Source of the DNA: a virus
Virus record (IMG/VR): IMGVR_UViG_3300016472_000923
Length of the DNA stretch: 64,000 nt
Strand: one strand, 5' to 3'
A program made the translations under genes and the position numbers. Below the pieces are notes generated by a model. It saw only the letters and a program-made list of their open reading frames with translations, made no database searches and was not told the DNA's origin. Position 1 is the stretch's first letter; each line of letters begins with the position of its first letter. Positions 27,374 to 36,818 of the stretch are shown here, piece by piece.

Positions 27374-28741
27374 TCAATCCGGTCGATCCATCAGATTGTA
27401 ATCTAACAGTCGGAATCCAGATTCCTTGATAATTTTTTCTAGTTCCTCGTGTTTTTCTTTGCCTGATATTTTTTGTCCTATCATTTTATAGTTGTGTATG
27501 TTTTTTTCAAGTTGTGTCCCGGGCAATACTGAAGAACTAGACAATTGCACACCTGCCACCGAATTGTTAGCATACTTGCTACGATCTCGGAACCATTGCT
27601 TGCTTGCTTCGTACTCTTCGTCGGTCTCGCTTGGGTAACCAGAAATGCACAACAAGTTCACCGGAATCTGATATTTCTGTGTCATTTCTAGGAAATGGTC
27701 AAGATCTTGATTTGAGAATTTTTTTCCTAACTGTACTCGTACACGTTCCACCACACTCTCGACTCCCACAAATAACCGTTCTGGATTGCTGTCTTTCAAG
27801 AGTTTCCAAAATTCTTCGTTATGCACCAATGCACTTCTTATTATAAAACTTCCATCCCACGATATGCGTTCAGTTGGATACAAATTTTGATTTAAATTGT
27901 AATCGCTCAATAGTTTAAGCAATTTTTTAAATTCTTTGAGATTGCCATTACATACACTGCTACGGAATTCAAATTTAGTATAGCCATATTTTTCCATCTG
28001 GCTCATCATCTGATTAAAAATGTTGTCTGCATTCAACCATTGGAATTTTTTCCAATAAACGATGACATCACAGAACTCACAATTTTGTACGCAACCACGA
28101 CTGTCGATAATTGGTACACTTTTTTCCGCATACCTGTGCCATCTATAATCTGAATAGTCCGGCATTGGTAATGAATTAAGATCGTCCACTGGTTGCCACT
28201 GTGATGAATTGATGCCGGGATAATTTAAATTTCCTTTCACATACTCTACCAACGAGATTTCCCCATCACCGCTGATATAGTCGTCGATCAATCCTTTTTT
28301 CTTTAGTTTCGCCGGAAAGCTAAAATCTATCATACCAGACAGTAGTTGTAATCCAGGCCCCCCGATGATTATCTTGGTATCTGGGGATTTTTGCCGCAGA
28401 GCCGCACAGAGCCACGCTGTAAAATGCTGACACGAATAACAGAAAAGGCTCAATCCAATTATTGTTGGTTTGTGCATTAGTATTTCTTCCGCACAATGAT
28501 CAATCATTGATACAAGTTCGTCGACTATCGGCTCAGAGATGATTTGATTTTTAAAAAACCAAACAAACTCTTGTTTGTGCTTGTGCTTTTGAAGATAATT
28601 TTCCACGTCCGCGTTGAGATCCAATGCGACAGCATCGATTCCATGTTTTGACAAAGATGCTTTCAACACAGCCGGTGCTGCCAATGGACGGGCAGTGTTT
28701 ACATAAGGCACCGCTGCTATTATTACTTTGTGTTGGCTCAT
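27374..28741 (-). CDS. B12-binding-domain radical SAM protein
   Basis: N-terminal APAVLK..LDLN, IGLS, IIIGGP and GDGE motifs; SRGCVQNCEFC; GVES; GYPSET. Confidence 0.88.
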   Translation of the reverse strand: MSQHKVIIAAVPYVNTARPLAAPAVLKASLSKHGIDAVALDLNADVENYLQKHKHKQEFVWFFKNQIISEPIVDELVSMIDHCAEEILMHKPTIIGLSLFCYSCQHFTAWLCAALRQKSPDTKIIIGGPGLQLLSGMIDFSFPAKLKKKGLIDDYISGDGEISLVEYVKGNLNYPGINSSQWQPVDDLNSLPMPDYSDYRWHRYAEKSVPIIDSRGCVQNCEFCDVIVYWKKFQWLNADNIFNQMMSQMEKYGYTKFEFRSSVCNGNLKEFKKLLKLLSDYNLNQNLYPTERISWDGSFIIRSALVHNEEFWKLLKDSNPERLFVGVESVVERVRVQLGKKFSNQDLDHFLEMTQKYQIPVNLLCISGYPSETDEEYEASKQWFRDRSKYANNSVAGVQLSSSSVLPGTQLEKNIHNYKMIGQKISGKEKHEELEKIIKESGFRLLDYNLMDRPD

Positions 28742-28742
28742 T

Positions 28743-29729
28743 TTAAGAAAACTTTTTCAACAATTTCTTTTTGTTGAACTCGATTTTGATACGACTGGTT
28801 TCTCTCGATTGGAATATATGTATCAATGTCCCCAGGCGACCAAAACGCTTCACAGCATCATTGACATCCTTGATATGTGCGGGCCAGTCGGGCATGCTTA
28901 CAGCCCACCCCAATTCCACTGCACGATCTACCAACTTCATACCAGCAGCATCTTGGTCGGGTACCACAGTTATTTCTCGGCCCAAACTGCGTATCAATCT
29001 TGCCTGTGCATCATTGATCTCAGCATGCAACACTGCCAAGCCTGCGATACTGAGTGCATCAAACACTCCTTCCATCACCAGCACATGTTGCCAATCATCT
29101 CGTTGGAGATCTGTACCAAACACATAGCCCGGCTGGATGTCCTGGATATACTTGGGCGTCTTGTCATCGAGATACCGCGTGGTATAACCCACTATGCGAT
29201 TGTCATAAGTGAAAGGGATGATCACCCCAGGCCGAGGTTTCCATTTTTCACCAGGCACCCCGGCATTCATTCCCATGGGATAATCCAAAGGAACGCATCG
29301 TTCTCTTAGATACCGAAGATGATCTGGAGTATGTTCGTCGATGATCACAAATCCTTCTGGCAGTTCTCGATCTTCAAATTTTATGTCCTGCAGGATGTGT
29401 GCAGTACGCTGCCGCTCATCGAGTATGCCTGCCACGCTGCGGTGACGAAGGCTTTCGAGATTGATACGCTCGATTTCTTCCTGTGGCACATTCATCCAGC
29501 TCAGTAATTTACGAGCTTTGAATGATAGATTCCTGCCCATCACAAAGCTGGCAGTGAACCCACAGTTAAAGCAATGATAACTCCAACCTTGATCCGTGGT
29601 TTTTATGCCGCCTCGTTTTCGACGATCAGCACTTTCACCGTTGTGTACACAACAGGGGGCATCGAAAGATATCCATCCGGAATGAGACTGCTTTCGCTTG
29701 CTGGGAAGATAGATTAGTAAATCAATCAC
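28743..29729 (-). CDS. DNA primase (T4 gp61-like)
   Basis: Zn finger PCC..YHCFNC; TOPRIM EGVFDA, PDQD and KDVND motifs. Confidence 0.9.
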   Translation of the reverse strand: MIDLLIYLPSKRKQSHSGWISFDAPCCVHNGESADRRKRGGIKTTDQGWSYHCFNCGFTASFVMGRNLSFKARKLLSWMNVPQEEIERINLESLRHRSVAGILDERQRTAHILQDIKFEDRELPEGFVIIDEHTPDHLRYLRERCVPLDYPMGMNAGVPGEKWKPRPGVIIPFTYDNRIVGYTTRYLDDKTPKYIQDIQPGYVFGTDLQRDDWQHVLVMEGVFDALSIAGLAVLHAEINDAQARLIRSLGREITVVPDQDAAGMKLVDRAVELGWAVSMPDWPAHIKDVNDAVKRFGRLGTLIHIFQSRETSRIKIEFNKKKLLKKFS

Positions 29730-30466
29730 TCAGTGATTATAACACGATCTATTTCAGGAATCAACCTGTCAAGGATCAATTCGTGGCCTAATTCATTTGG
29801 GTGGCCGCCTGGCATGATTAATTCTCTATTTTGATTGCCTGGGTGGTCACGGAAAAACAAAGTCCAAGAAAAGCCCGGCCATAGCAGAGTTTGGACTGAG
29901 GGAGAATTTTTGGGTGCTGGCATGGTATTGGTCATGATCATAGGCATGCCGATCCTGGCCTGTTGTCCGTCAAAAAATAACAGGGCTTGATGATATCTCA
30001 GTGCATCTAGATCCCGACATTCCGTGAGCACGATGTGTTGTTTGATAAGATCGGTAAAATCGGGTCCTATCACCGAGCTGCCAAAATGCACCCAAGTGCT
30101 GTGGACAAATTTATTCCAGGGAGGATCGTTGCTGTAGTGTACATGATTGGGATTATACAGTGAAAAACGATTGCTTTCAGTAAGGAAAATCACAATCAAG
30201 CAAGATCTAGGATCGGATTCATGCTGCAGCCACCATTGGTAGGTCCACATGGTGCTGTCAAGACTACCGCCGGGTATGCCAAAATTTTCCGTGGGTAAAT
30301 TATAATGTTTGCCTAGCAACCCCAAGAAGCAATGTTTTTCTCGATAAACAGTGTTTTGTACCCAACATGTATGGGCTGCTGGATCTGCACGAGCTAGTTC
30401 AGGGTCAAGCAGCTCGTCTCCGTACATCCATGAATCACCAAAACCTACGATTTTTTTGAACTTCAT
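29726..30466 (-). CDS. SGNH/GDSL hydrolase-like protein
   Basis: GFGDSW, NFGIPGGS and GHPNELGH blocks. Confidence 0.75.
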   Translation of the reverse strand: MKFKKIVGFGDSWMYGDELLDPELARADPAAHTCWVQNTVYREKHCFLGLLGKHYNLPTENFGIPGGSLDSTMWTYQWWLQHESDPRSCLIVIFLTESNRFSLYNPNHVHYSNDPPWNKFVHSTWVHFGSSVIGPDFTDLIKQHIVLTECRDLDALRYHQALLFFDGQQARIGMPMIMTNTMPAPKNSPSVQTLLWPGFSWTLFFRDHPGNQNRELIMPGGHPNELGHELILDRLIPEIDRVIITE

Positions 30467-31248
30467 CTATAAGTGATCAGATCCACATTTCCGCTGTTTT
30501 GCAGGAATGCCAGTCGGATATAAGGATGGAAACCCTCGACATTGATCCCCAATCTTTCGGTGCTGTTCGAGAAAGTGACATTACTGACTGTGTTACCAGT
30601 GGCAAGATCTTCGAAATCTATGTCATACCAAAGCACAGTCTGGGCCGTGGCATCGCTGGAGCCCTGGGCCTGCACATTACCTGACAGATTTTGCGTGTCT
30701 ATCTGGAACGTGGTCAAGCGACTACCTTGTGTGGTCAGTGTAGAAGTATAGTACACATTGGCATTGGGTGCTTGATTGGGTATGGTCAATTCTTGGCTGG
30801 GCACGAAAGCAGGGAACACCGAGTCCACGATGTCTATGTCGCCGCGTGCGCCTGTGTAAGCATCGGTGAGCACAGCTTGGTTCAGTATGCCCGATGTCAT
30901 TTCTATGCTGTAACTGGCAGGCTGTGCTTGGAAATTCAGTGTCTCGGCTTGTGTGATCAACACGCGGGCACGACCCAAAGCTGCATTAAGGGTGGTCAAT
31001 TCTTTGGCGTATAGGAGATTATCTCCGTTTTGGCTGATGATACGGAAGGTAAAAGTGGCCCCCGTGATATTGACCGGTTTCTGATCTTGGTTCTGGAACT
31101 GGAACAAGATCACATTGTCCACTCCGAGATTTAGTTTTAGACTTTTAGCATACACAGGGTTCCACCTCGCATTGAAATAGCTGCCACTGATGTCTACCAG
31201 TAACACCGGCTGGATCTGCTGATATAGGTAAACAGGCGTGGAGTACAT
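30463..31248 (-). CDS. Probable virion structural protein (beta-rich)
   Basis: GVDNVILFQFQNQDQKPVNIT motif; TAAATA box upstream. Confidence 0.55.
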   Translation of the reverse strand: MYSTPVYLYQQIQPVLLVDISGSYFNARWNPVYAKSLKLNLGVDNVILFQFQNQDQKPVNITGATFTFRIISQNGDNLLYAKELTTLNAALGRARVLITQAETLNFQAQPASYSIEMTSGILNQAVLTDAYTGARGDIDIVDSVFPAFVPSQELTIPNQAPNANVYYTSTLTTQGSRLTTFQIDTQNLSGNVQAQGSSDATAQTVLWYDIDFEDLATGNTVSNVTFSNSTERLGINVEGFHPYIRLAFLQNSGNVDLITYR

Positions 31249-31255
31249 TGTCCCT

Positions 31256-31286
31256 TATTTACCGCTTGAAACGACTTCGGTAAATA
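31256..31286. promoter_or_regulatory. Back-to-back late promoters (CGGTAAATA on both strands)
   Basis: Inverted repeat TATTTACCG (31256-31264) and CGGTAAATA (31278-31286) between divergent genes; each box sits 7 nt from its ATG. Confidence 0.7.
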
Positions 31287-31293
31287 TGACCAT

Positions 31294-31671
31294 ATGGTTG
31301 ATAACATCTTTTCAAGACTAGCTGAAAAATACCCGTTCATAACCTTGTGTATTCATTCCGGTAATGAATACGTTGGCATAATACAAAATCGCGATGATGT
31401 AATAACCACGATCTATGATTACGGAAACATACAAGAATCCTCGCTCAGGCACAAGTTCTTGGATCTGGCCAATGCATGGTGGTGGGAAAGTAACCGCAGC
31501 ATACCCATCAACATATTCCTGCGTGGGGAATGGGATATTTTCCGACCTTATCTACGGACTTTCAGTAACAAAGATCTAGAGATCGTACACGGTCCGGTGT
31601 GCAGCCTCAATGATATCATGCGCAAGAAAAGCAAACGCAAAAGTATCACGCTGGTGCGTAAATTACCTTAA
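31294..31671 (+). CDS. Conserved phage hypothetical protein
   Basis: YPF, EYVGIIQN and WWWESNRSIPINIFL motifs. Confidence 0.75.
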   Translation: MVDNIFSRLAEKYPFITLCIHSGNEYVGIIQNRDDVITTIYDYGNIQESSLRHKFLDLANAWWWESNRSIPINIFLRGEWDIFRPYLRTFSNKDLEIVHGPVCSLNDIMRKKSKRKSITLVRKLP

Positions 31672-32228
31672 TTCAACAGATTCATGTGCAAGGCCACTAG
31701 CCTGGCATAAGAAATGCTGTGGCTTTTTTTAAAGGTGTAGCCGCGGCTGTCATCACCGTCCCATACAGATTCAAACACGCGATCCCATGGTTGGTTTTGC
31801 AGGTGGGCCTTGCCGGGCCGTATCACAGATATGAATGCAGCCATCCTAGGTATACTGTCGGGGCGCATGGTCCCCAGGAGGTCAGTGTAGTTGCCCACAT
31901 GGACCAGTTGCTGTGCCCACTCTGGATCCTGCCATAATCTCGACCAAGGAGGATCCTTATCTAACATCTGCTGATAGTGCTCAGGGTCTCGTATGGCCTG
32001 GTACACACTCATGTTCAAGAAATCCAGTTTGAAATAACCACAATCCTCGGCTTGTTCATACTCAATCGCCGCACAATCCAGAACTGGATCATAGGGTATG
32101 TCTGTGACGTACACGCCCGAATTATGCCGGCGAGAACGACCGTCGTTGTTTTGCCGGGCCGGCACGTGTTTTATCAAACGCAGTATGCTATCACGGTCAG
32201 CAAAATCTATATCAATGTCTGCTTTCAT
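31668..32228 (-). CDS. Miniature or split DnaE (family C polymerase) catalytic subunit, 186 aa
   Basis: DIDID, HNSGVY, FKLDFL, IRPG and FKKSHSISYA occur in DnaE order. Confidence 0.8.
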   Translation of the reverse strand: MKADIDIDFADRDSILRLIKHVPARQNNDGRSRRHNSGVYVTDIPYDPVLDCAAIEYEQAEDCGYFKLDFLNMSVYQAIRDPEHYQQMLDKDPPWSRLWQDPEWAQQLVHVGNYTDLLGTMRPDSIPRMAAFISVIRPGKAHLQNQPWDRVFESVWDGDDSRGYTFKKSHSISYARLVALHMNLLN

Positions 32229-32260
32229 ATGATTTTTCTAAAAATTGATATCACAAAAAT

Positions 32261-33256
32261 TTATCCATTGAAATACTCCATGACCTCTTGGCTATTGGCA
32301 AACCATTTATTTTGAGATACCTTGGATTCTTTGCCATACAGATTTTCAAGTTTGGCCTCTAGGTAGGCCTCTTGCAATAAATCAATACCATCTAAATCAA
32401 ATATTTCCCCTTGGATGATCCTGTTGAAAATTGTATCAGTATTTTGCTTATGGTCTTTGTAAATCTGTTTTTCTAAAAAAGTATCATGCAATGTATCTAG
32501 GTCTTTTTTGTTAGATATCTCGAACCCAAAAAATCGAGCCAAGTTTGTGAGTTGATCGATAAACTGAGACTTGTGATAAAAGCAAGAGAAAGGAAAGTCA
32601 AAAATTTTGACACTGGTTGCATATTGCATCTTTGTTTGTTGTGTGATGAAACCGGCTTTTGAAGGGTCTTTGAATCCTATCTTGAAAAACTCTCTCAGTA
32701 CGAATCTGGGGCAATGGGGATGATTTTCATTGAGCTCCAGTGGAATAAATCCATGGATATCAGTACATTCTTTTTGGATCCATTCTGGTAGCGATTTAAA
32801 ATCATCCAAGGTGTATACCTCAGGCCACGAAGGATCTTTAATTGCCTTGTAGCTGGTTTCAATCTGCGAATGGAAAAATGAGTCGATCAGTTTATCTAAC
32901 ACCCAGCGGTAACGATCATTGTTAAACTTATGATAGGTATCGATTTCTAAAAATTGATTATTGTAACCATATCCCCCGGCCCTCAATAGACTGATTGCCG
33001 ATAACGGCAGCAAATCATCAATCGCTATTTTGATAGCAATCACACCGTCAAAGGATCTTGCCATACCGGTCGACGAAAATGAAAAATGTCCGCAGTGGAA
33101 AACTTTTTCGCTTTGATAGACTTTGTCATGACTACCGCCCGTGGAATCAAAAGGCGATTCATTGCATTGTACATTGGCTAAAAATTTGTTACAAACAAAT
33201 TCTAAATAGTTTCCGTGCGCCCCGCCTTGGAAATCAATTATTATCTTTTTCACCAT
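32261..33256 (-). CDS. Hypothetical protein, sulfotransferase-like N-terminus plus YxxIKDPSWP module
   Basis: IDFQGGAHGNYL; YKAIKDPSWPEVYTLDDFKSLPEWIQKEC; AT-rich. Probable start MVKKII (track start 33349). Confidence 0.55.
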   Translation of the reverse strand: MVKKIIIDFQGGAHGNYLEFVCNKFLANVQCNESPFDSTGGSHDKVYQSEKVFHCGHFSFSSTGMARSFDGVIAIKIAIDDLLPLSAISLLRAGGYGYNNQFLEIDTYHKFNNDRYRWVLDKLIDSFFHSQIETSYKAIKDPSWPEVYTLDDFKSLPEWIQKECTDIHGFIPLELNENHPHCPRFVLREFFKIGFKDPSKAGFITQQTKMQYATSVKIFDFPFSCFYHKSQFIDQLTNLARFFGFEISNKKDLDTLHDTFLEKQIYKDHKQNTDTIFNRIIQGEIFDLDGIDLLQEAYLEAKLENLYGKESKVSQNKWFANSQEVMEYFNG

Positions 33257-33927
33257 CCAGCCTTTTGCAACAGATTGCGGCAGTATTCTACATCTGCTGC
33301 ATAATCTTTGAACTTGTGCTGCCAGAAATCCGTGTCGATCATGGGCCATATCATAGCGATCTGTTCCGAACTAAGTCTTGACAGCAATTCCTGGCCGGAA
33401 TCGCAGTTATACACGACCCAGGCACTGATTCGACCGGTGGTGATGGCATGGCACACAACATTGCTGTTGCCGTATCGCAGATAATCTCGATCAGGATTGC
33501 CTGTGTCTTCTGACCATGCTATGGCCTGCTCCATGGCTCTGGCCAGGGCATCGCTCACAGCCTCACGACGAAGATAATCCATAAGATATTCTGTATACAC
33601 ACTGTCCCTGCACCAATGATCGATCTTTTTGTTGTTCTTCAACAACCACTCAGTGAAACGATTGACATTTATAGCCCGGATGCTCACACAGTATCGACCG
33701 TACTTGACGAATGCGCGATAGTAAGGACTTTCGGCAAAGTCATCAAAGGTTTTCAACTTCGCAGAACCTTGGGTGATCTCATAGAAGCGCAGATAACTCT
33801 GCATTCCTATCTGCACACCCACTTCATCTCGTTCTTGATACCGGCGCTTGGGCTCGCAGACATGCACAGCCAGGCTCGACTCTCGCTGGAAAGACTTTTT
33901 ACAATATTGGCAGATAAACTGTGTCAA
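33250..33927 (-). CDS. Zn-finger protein of the replication cluster
   Basis: FICQYCKKSFQRESSLAVHVC. Probable TTG start overlapping the upstream stop (track start 33972). Confidence 0.65.
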   Translation of the reverse strand: MTQFICQYCKKSFQRESSLAVHVCEPKRRYQERDEVGVQIGMQSYLRFYEITQGSAKLKTFDDFAESPYYRAFVKYGRYCVSIRAINVNRFTEWLLKNNKKIDHWCRDSVYTEYLMDYLRREAVSDALARAMEQAIAWSEDTGNPDRDYLRYGNSNVVCHAITTGRISAWVVYNCDSGQELLSRLSSEQIAMIWPMIDTDFWQHKFKDYAADVEYCRNLLQKAGW

Positions 33928-34430
33928 GGTTTGTGTAGTTTGAATGCTACTGTAACACGCAGATCGGGACAATGTCTAGTGGGTTCTAGTCCACAGTGTG
34001 GAATAGTGGAATCGAAAAACACCATGCTGTTGGGGGTGGGATATCGTGTGACTACCCCATGATCCGTAGTGAACATGGTATGACCACCCCACTCTGGACG
34101 CCATTCATTGTTGGCGTAATAGAGCAAGGTATAGTATCGGCCGGGTTCCACATCTTCCACGTCCTGGTGTATACTGCCACAGAGTCCGTGGGTCTGGCCG
34201 TTGGCATACACACGGTCCAGGACCCAGTCCACTTGCGTGTCAGATTGGATTTTCTTGAGCAAGGTGGTGTTGAACAACGGATCGTCTTGGAGATCCATGT
34301 ACCAAAATTTAACACCTTCCCCATCGTTGCTGCTCTGATCGAATCGCCAGCCCTTGCCGCGCTGTGTCTTGGTGCATACCTGTGCCCAGTGGTCATAATC
34401 TAACCATTCATACACGCTATCAATATCCAT
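33924..34430 (-). CDS. 2OG-Fe(II) oxygenase (prolyl-hydroxylase-like)
   Basis: HQD, W..EWGG and FDSTIPH..RVTVAFK motifs. Confidence 0.88.
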   Translation of the reverse strand: MDIDSVYEWLDYDHWAQVCTKTQRGKGWRFDQSSNDGEGVKFWYMDLQDDPLFNTTLLKKIQSDTQVDWVLDRVYANGQTHGLCGSIHQDVEDVEPGRYYTLLYYANNEWRPEWGGHTMFTTDHGVVTRYPTPNSMVFFDSTIPHCGLEPTRHCPDLRVTVAFKLHKP

Positions 34431-34868
34431 TCATTCTACTCCTGATTGTTTCAAATATTCCTTGATGTCTTTTTTATCCGTGATAGATGCCAGGGCATCG
34501 ATGTCTGACATTTTCATGTTTGGATATAATTCCATCAGTGCTTTCTTGATTTCGTTGCTGCCAGCTTCTTTTTTCTTGGGAGCGATCCACTGATGGCGAA
34601 GTGTGCCCATGCCCGGACTCACACTAGTGGCCATCAGCCACTGTAATTTTGGATGCCGGTTGACTGCAAAGAAATGTTTGTTCAGCCTCTCGTTAGTGGA
34701 CACGACATAGAACTCCTGCAGATCCCTTGATCCTTGCACGCTGGAGCCCCAACGGATCATGAGGTAGTTGCTGAATTTCTTGCGCTCTTCGTCAGTAAGG
34801 CTGTCATAGAAATGGCGGTTCTTGTTGTCGAACTGTGCCATTTCGTTTTGTATAGAAAGTTTATCCAC
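34431..34868 (-). CDS. Possible clamp-loader small subunit (T4 gp62-like)
   Basis: KKFSNYLMIRW..N..HPKLQW..WIAPKK pattern; size and context fit. Confidence 0.5.
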   Translation of the reverse strand: MDKLSIQNEMAQFDNKNRHFYDSLTDEERKKFSNYLMIRWGSSVQGSRDLQEFYVVSTNERLNKHFFAVNRHPKLQWLMATSVSPGMGTLRHQWIAPKKKEAGSNEIKKALMELYPNMKMSDIDALASITDKKDIKEYLKQSGVE

Positions 34869-35055
34869 GGGCGATCTTGTTCAAGTGTACAGCGTGTCGA
34901 TCCAGTTTACTTTTCAAGCGCCTTATGTCAGTTTGTAGATCTCTGATCACGGCATCTTGCGCCTTGATTTGTTCTTTGAGATGCCGTATTTCAGCATCAA
35001 GATCGGATTTCTTTTCCGGCAGAGGACTTGATCCGCCTTTTTCATATTGTTCCAT
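34861..35055 (-). CDS. Small coiled-coil protein
   Basis: 64-aa heptad pattern. Confidence 0.6.
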   Translation of the reverse strand: MEQYEKGGSSPLPEKKSDLDAEIRHLKEQIKAQDAVIRDLQTDIRRLKSKLDRHAVHLNKIARG

Positions 35056-35056
35056 G

Positions 35057-35557
35057 TTACCAGGCCTTGTTATAATCCACTATCTCGCAGTTGCGACTGA
35101 TATCCTTGACAAAGTAGATGCATTCCGGTTCACTTTCGGACCCTAGAGGCACGCACAGCATCTGTCCGTTCTTGAGTTTGGGCGCATACCAAGACACTTC
35201 ATGATACACATCTACGATCTCAATGTCGAGGAAACTGGGACGGAAACTGGTCAAAGGATTGAACTGGAAAACTTTGAATCCACGATCGTTGATCGAAGTC
35301 AAAGGCAGCATCTCTAGATCTCCTAGATCTGGTTCGCCGATCAAGACTTGCCAATCCACAGGCATCCTTACAGTGTGCTCTCCCACACGCAGCACCAAGG
35401 CCGGAGCATTGAAGCTTTCCAGGAAGATCAAAGGTATGTAATGATAATCAGGGTTGCTAGGATCTGAATTGTCCAGTATGGCGAAACGCATGTCGTCTAC
35501 CTCTTCGGGCAGAGTATCGAGTTCGTAAGGGGTATTGTCTAAGGTTAATATACGCAT
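35057..35557 (-). CDS. Conserved hypothetical protein, possibly degenerate Hint fold
   Basis: 166-aa beta-rich ORF; TTGACA-16-TATAAT promoter ends 6 nt before the ATG. Confidence 0.6.
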   Translation of the reverse strand: MRILTLDNTPYELDTLPEEVDDMRFAILDNSDPSNPDYHYIPLIFLESFNAPALVLRVGEHTVRMPVDWQVLIGEPDLGDLEMLPLTSINDRGFKVFQFNPLTSFRPSFLDIEIVDVYHEVSWYAPKLKNGQMLCVPLGSESEPECIYFVKDISRNCEIVDYNKAW

Positions 35558-35587
35558 GATTTTATTATAACAAATTTTATCTTGATG

Positions 35588-36184
35588 TCAATGATTTCTT
35601 CCCAGCATCACTGAAAAAGATCCTGGTTCCGATTCGACTTCTAATATTTTCCAACCCATGGCCTGCAGATATACCACCGTGGGACCGCACTTGCCGGTCC
35701 AAGTACCATCTGACAGCATCAAAGTATCATCACAAATCACTATGCCATTTTCTGACATGTGAGGGAGCAGATGTATCATTTGCGATAGATGCTCCATCTG
35801 GCTATTGCTATTGGTAAGACTGATCCCAAACTTATCATGATATTCTATCTTTTGTTGATCAAATATGTGTTGGAACTTCTTATTATTCCAATCCCAATCA
35901 AAGTTATCAAGATATAGCAAGGCTATCTTTTGATCTAGTCCGGGGAACACATCGCGTGCCCATTGACTGCCGGACATCTGTACGCCGACCACGCCCGGGA
36001 TATATCGGAAAATCTCAGCCCTATCATCAATGTCTACTGAATAAAGAATCGTGCCAAGATTTTGGGCCACAGCATTTAGAAAATGTGTGGATCCATCCCA
36101 CCCCTGAGATGCTCCAATCTCTACGAATACATCAGTGGCGCCAATGTGCTCGATGGTCTGTGATTTCTTGTATAGATTACCCAA
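35588..36184 (-). CDS. Class I SAM methyltransferase-like protein
   Basis: FVEIG, YSVDID, LLYLD and ICDDT..GKC motifs. Confidence 0.65.
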   Translation of the reverse strand: MGNLYKKSQTIEHIGATDVFVEIGASQGWDGSTHFLNAVAQNLGTILYSVDIDDRAEIFRYIPGVVGVQMSGSQWARDVFPGLDQKIALLYLDNFDWDWNNKKFQHIFDQQKIEYHDKFGISLTNSNSQMEHLSQMIHLLPHMSENGIVICDDTLMLSDGTWTGKCGPTVVYLQAMGWKILEVESEPGSFSVMLGRNH

Positions 36185-36818
36185 ATTGTTTCTCTAAGAT
36201 AGTCCGGCAATGCTGTGCGAATCCCGATTGCCATTCTACGCTGTCCACATGATAACCAGGGCGGGGCTTGAACATGCCACTGGTTGCTAGATTTAATGAA
36301 ATTTCATGGCTGCGGAAATCGTCGAGCATGAGATGGTTCCAGGGATGCAGAGGTTTGGCTGGATTATTGCTCAGTCCGTTGAGCACGAAAGCAAATGCTA
36401 TATTTCTACGCTGTAACTCTACAAGACAACAACGGACCATGAGATAACTCTTTATCTCCATCATGTCGCTGCAGGTCGTCGCCTGATAATACCGCACTGC
36501 CATGGATCGATCAGGATCTCTATGTATATGTCCATTGCTGAGCCATCGATATGGAGGTTCATGTGTGTCCACAGGCATTGGCTGATCATTCACAAATTCC
36601 AATCTGTCTGGCATGGTCCATCCTGATATCACTGCATCGGGCTTGTGTTCTAATCCCTGCCAGAGATTATAAGCGATGATGGCATTGCTCATGCCCGACT
36701 GGGCATGATTTATAACTTGATATTCCGAGAGCATTTCGCTCCAGTGTTGGCCAGGAAACTCCGGATCTCTTTGCATGAAACTATCACCTACTACCAACAA
36801 TCGTTTCATTTCATCCAT
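36177..36818 (-). CDS. SGNH/GDSL hydrolase-like protein
   Basis: VVGDSF, NHAQSGMSN and C-terminal YH blocks. Confidence 0.7.
   Translation of the reverse strand: MDEMKRLLVVGDSFMQRDPEFPGQHWSEMLSEYQVINHAQSGMSNAIIAYNLWQGLEHKPDAVISGWTMPDRLEFVNDQPMPVDTHEPPYRWLSNGHIHRDPDRSMAVRYYQATTCSDMMEIKSYLMVRCCLVELQRRNIAFAFVLNGLSNNPAKPLHPWNHLMLDDFRSHEISLNLATSGMFKPRPGYHVDSVEWQSGFAQHCRTILEKQFG

Noticed and set aside
31668-32228. Mini-DnaE as a pseudogene fragment of the 567-aa DnaE
   Set aside because: The two sequences are highly divergent. The small ORF is intact and keeps motifs spread over several hundred residues of DnaE with the spacers removed, which simple truncation would not produce.
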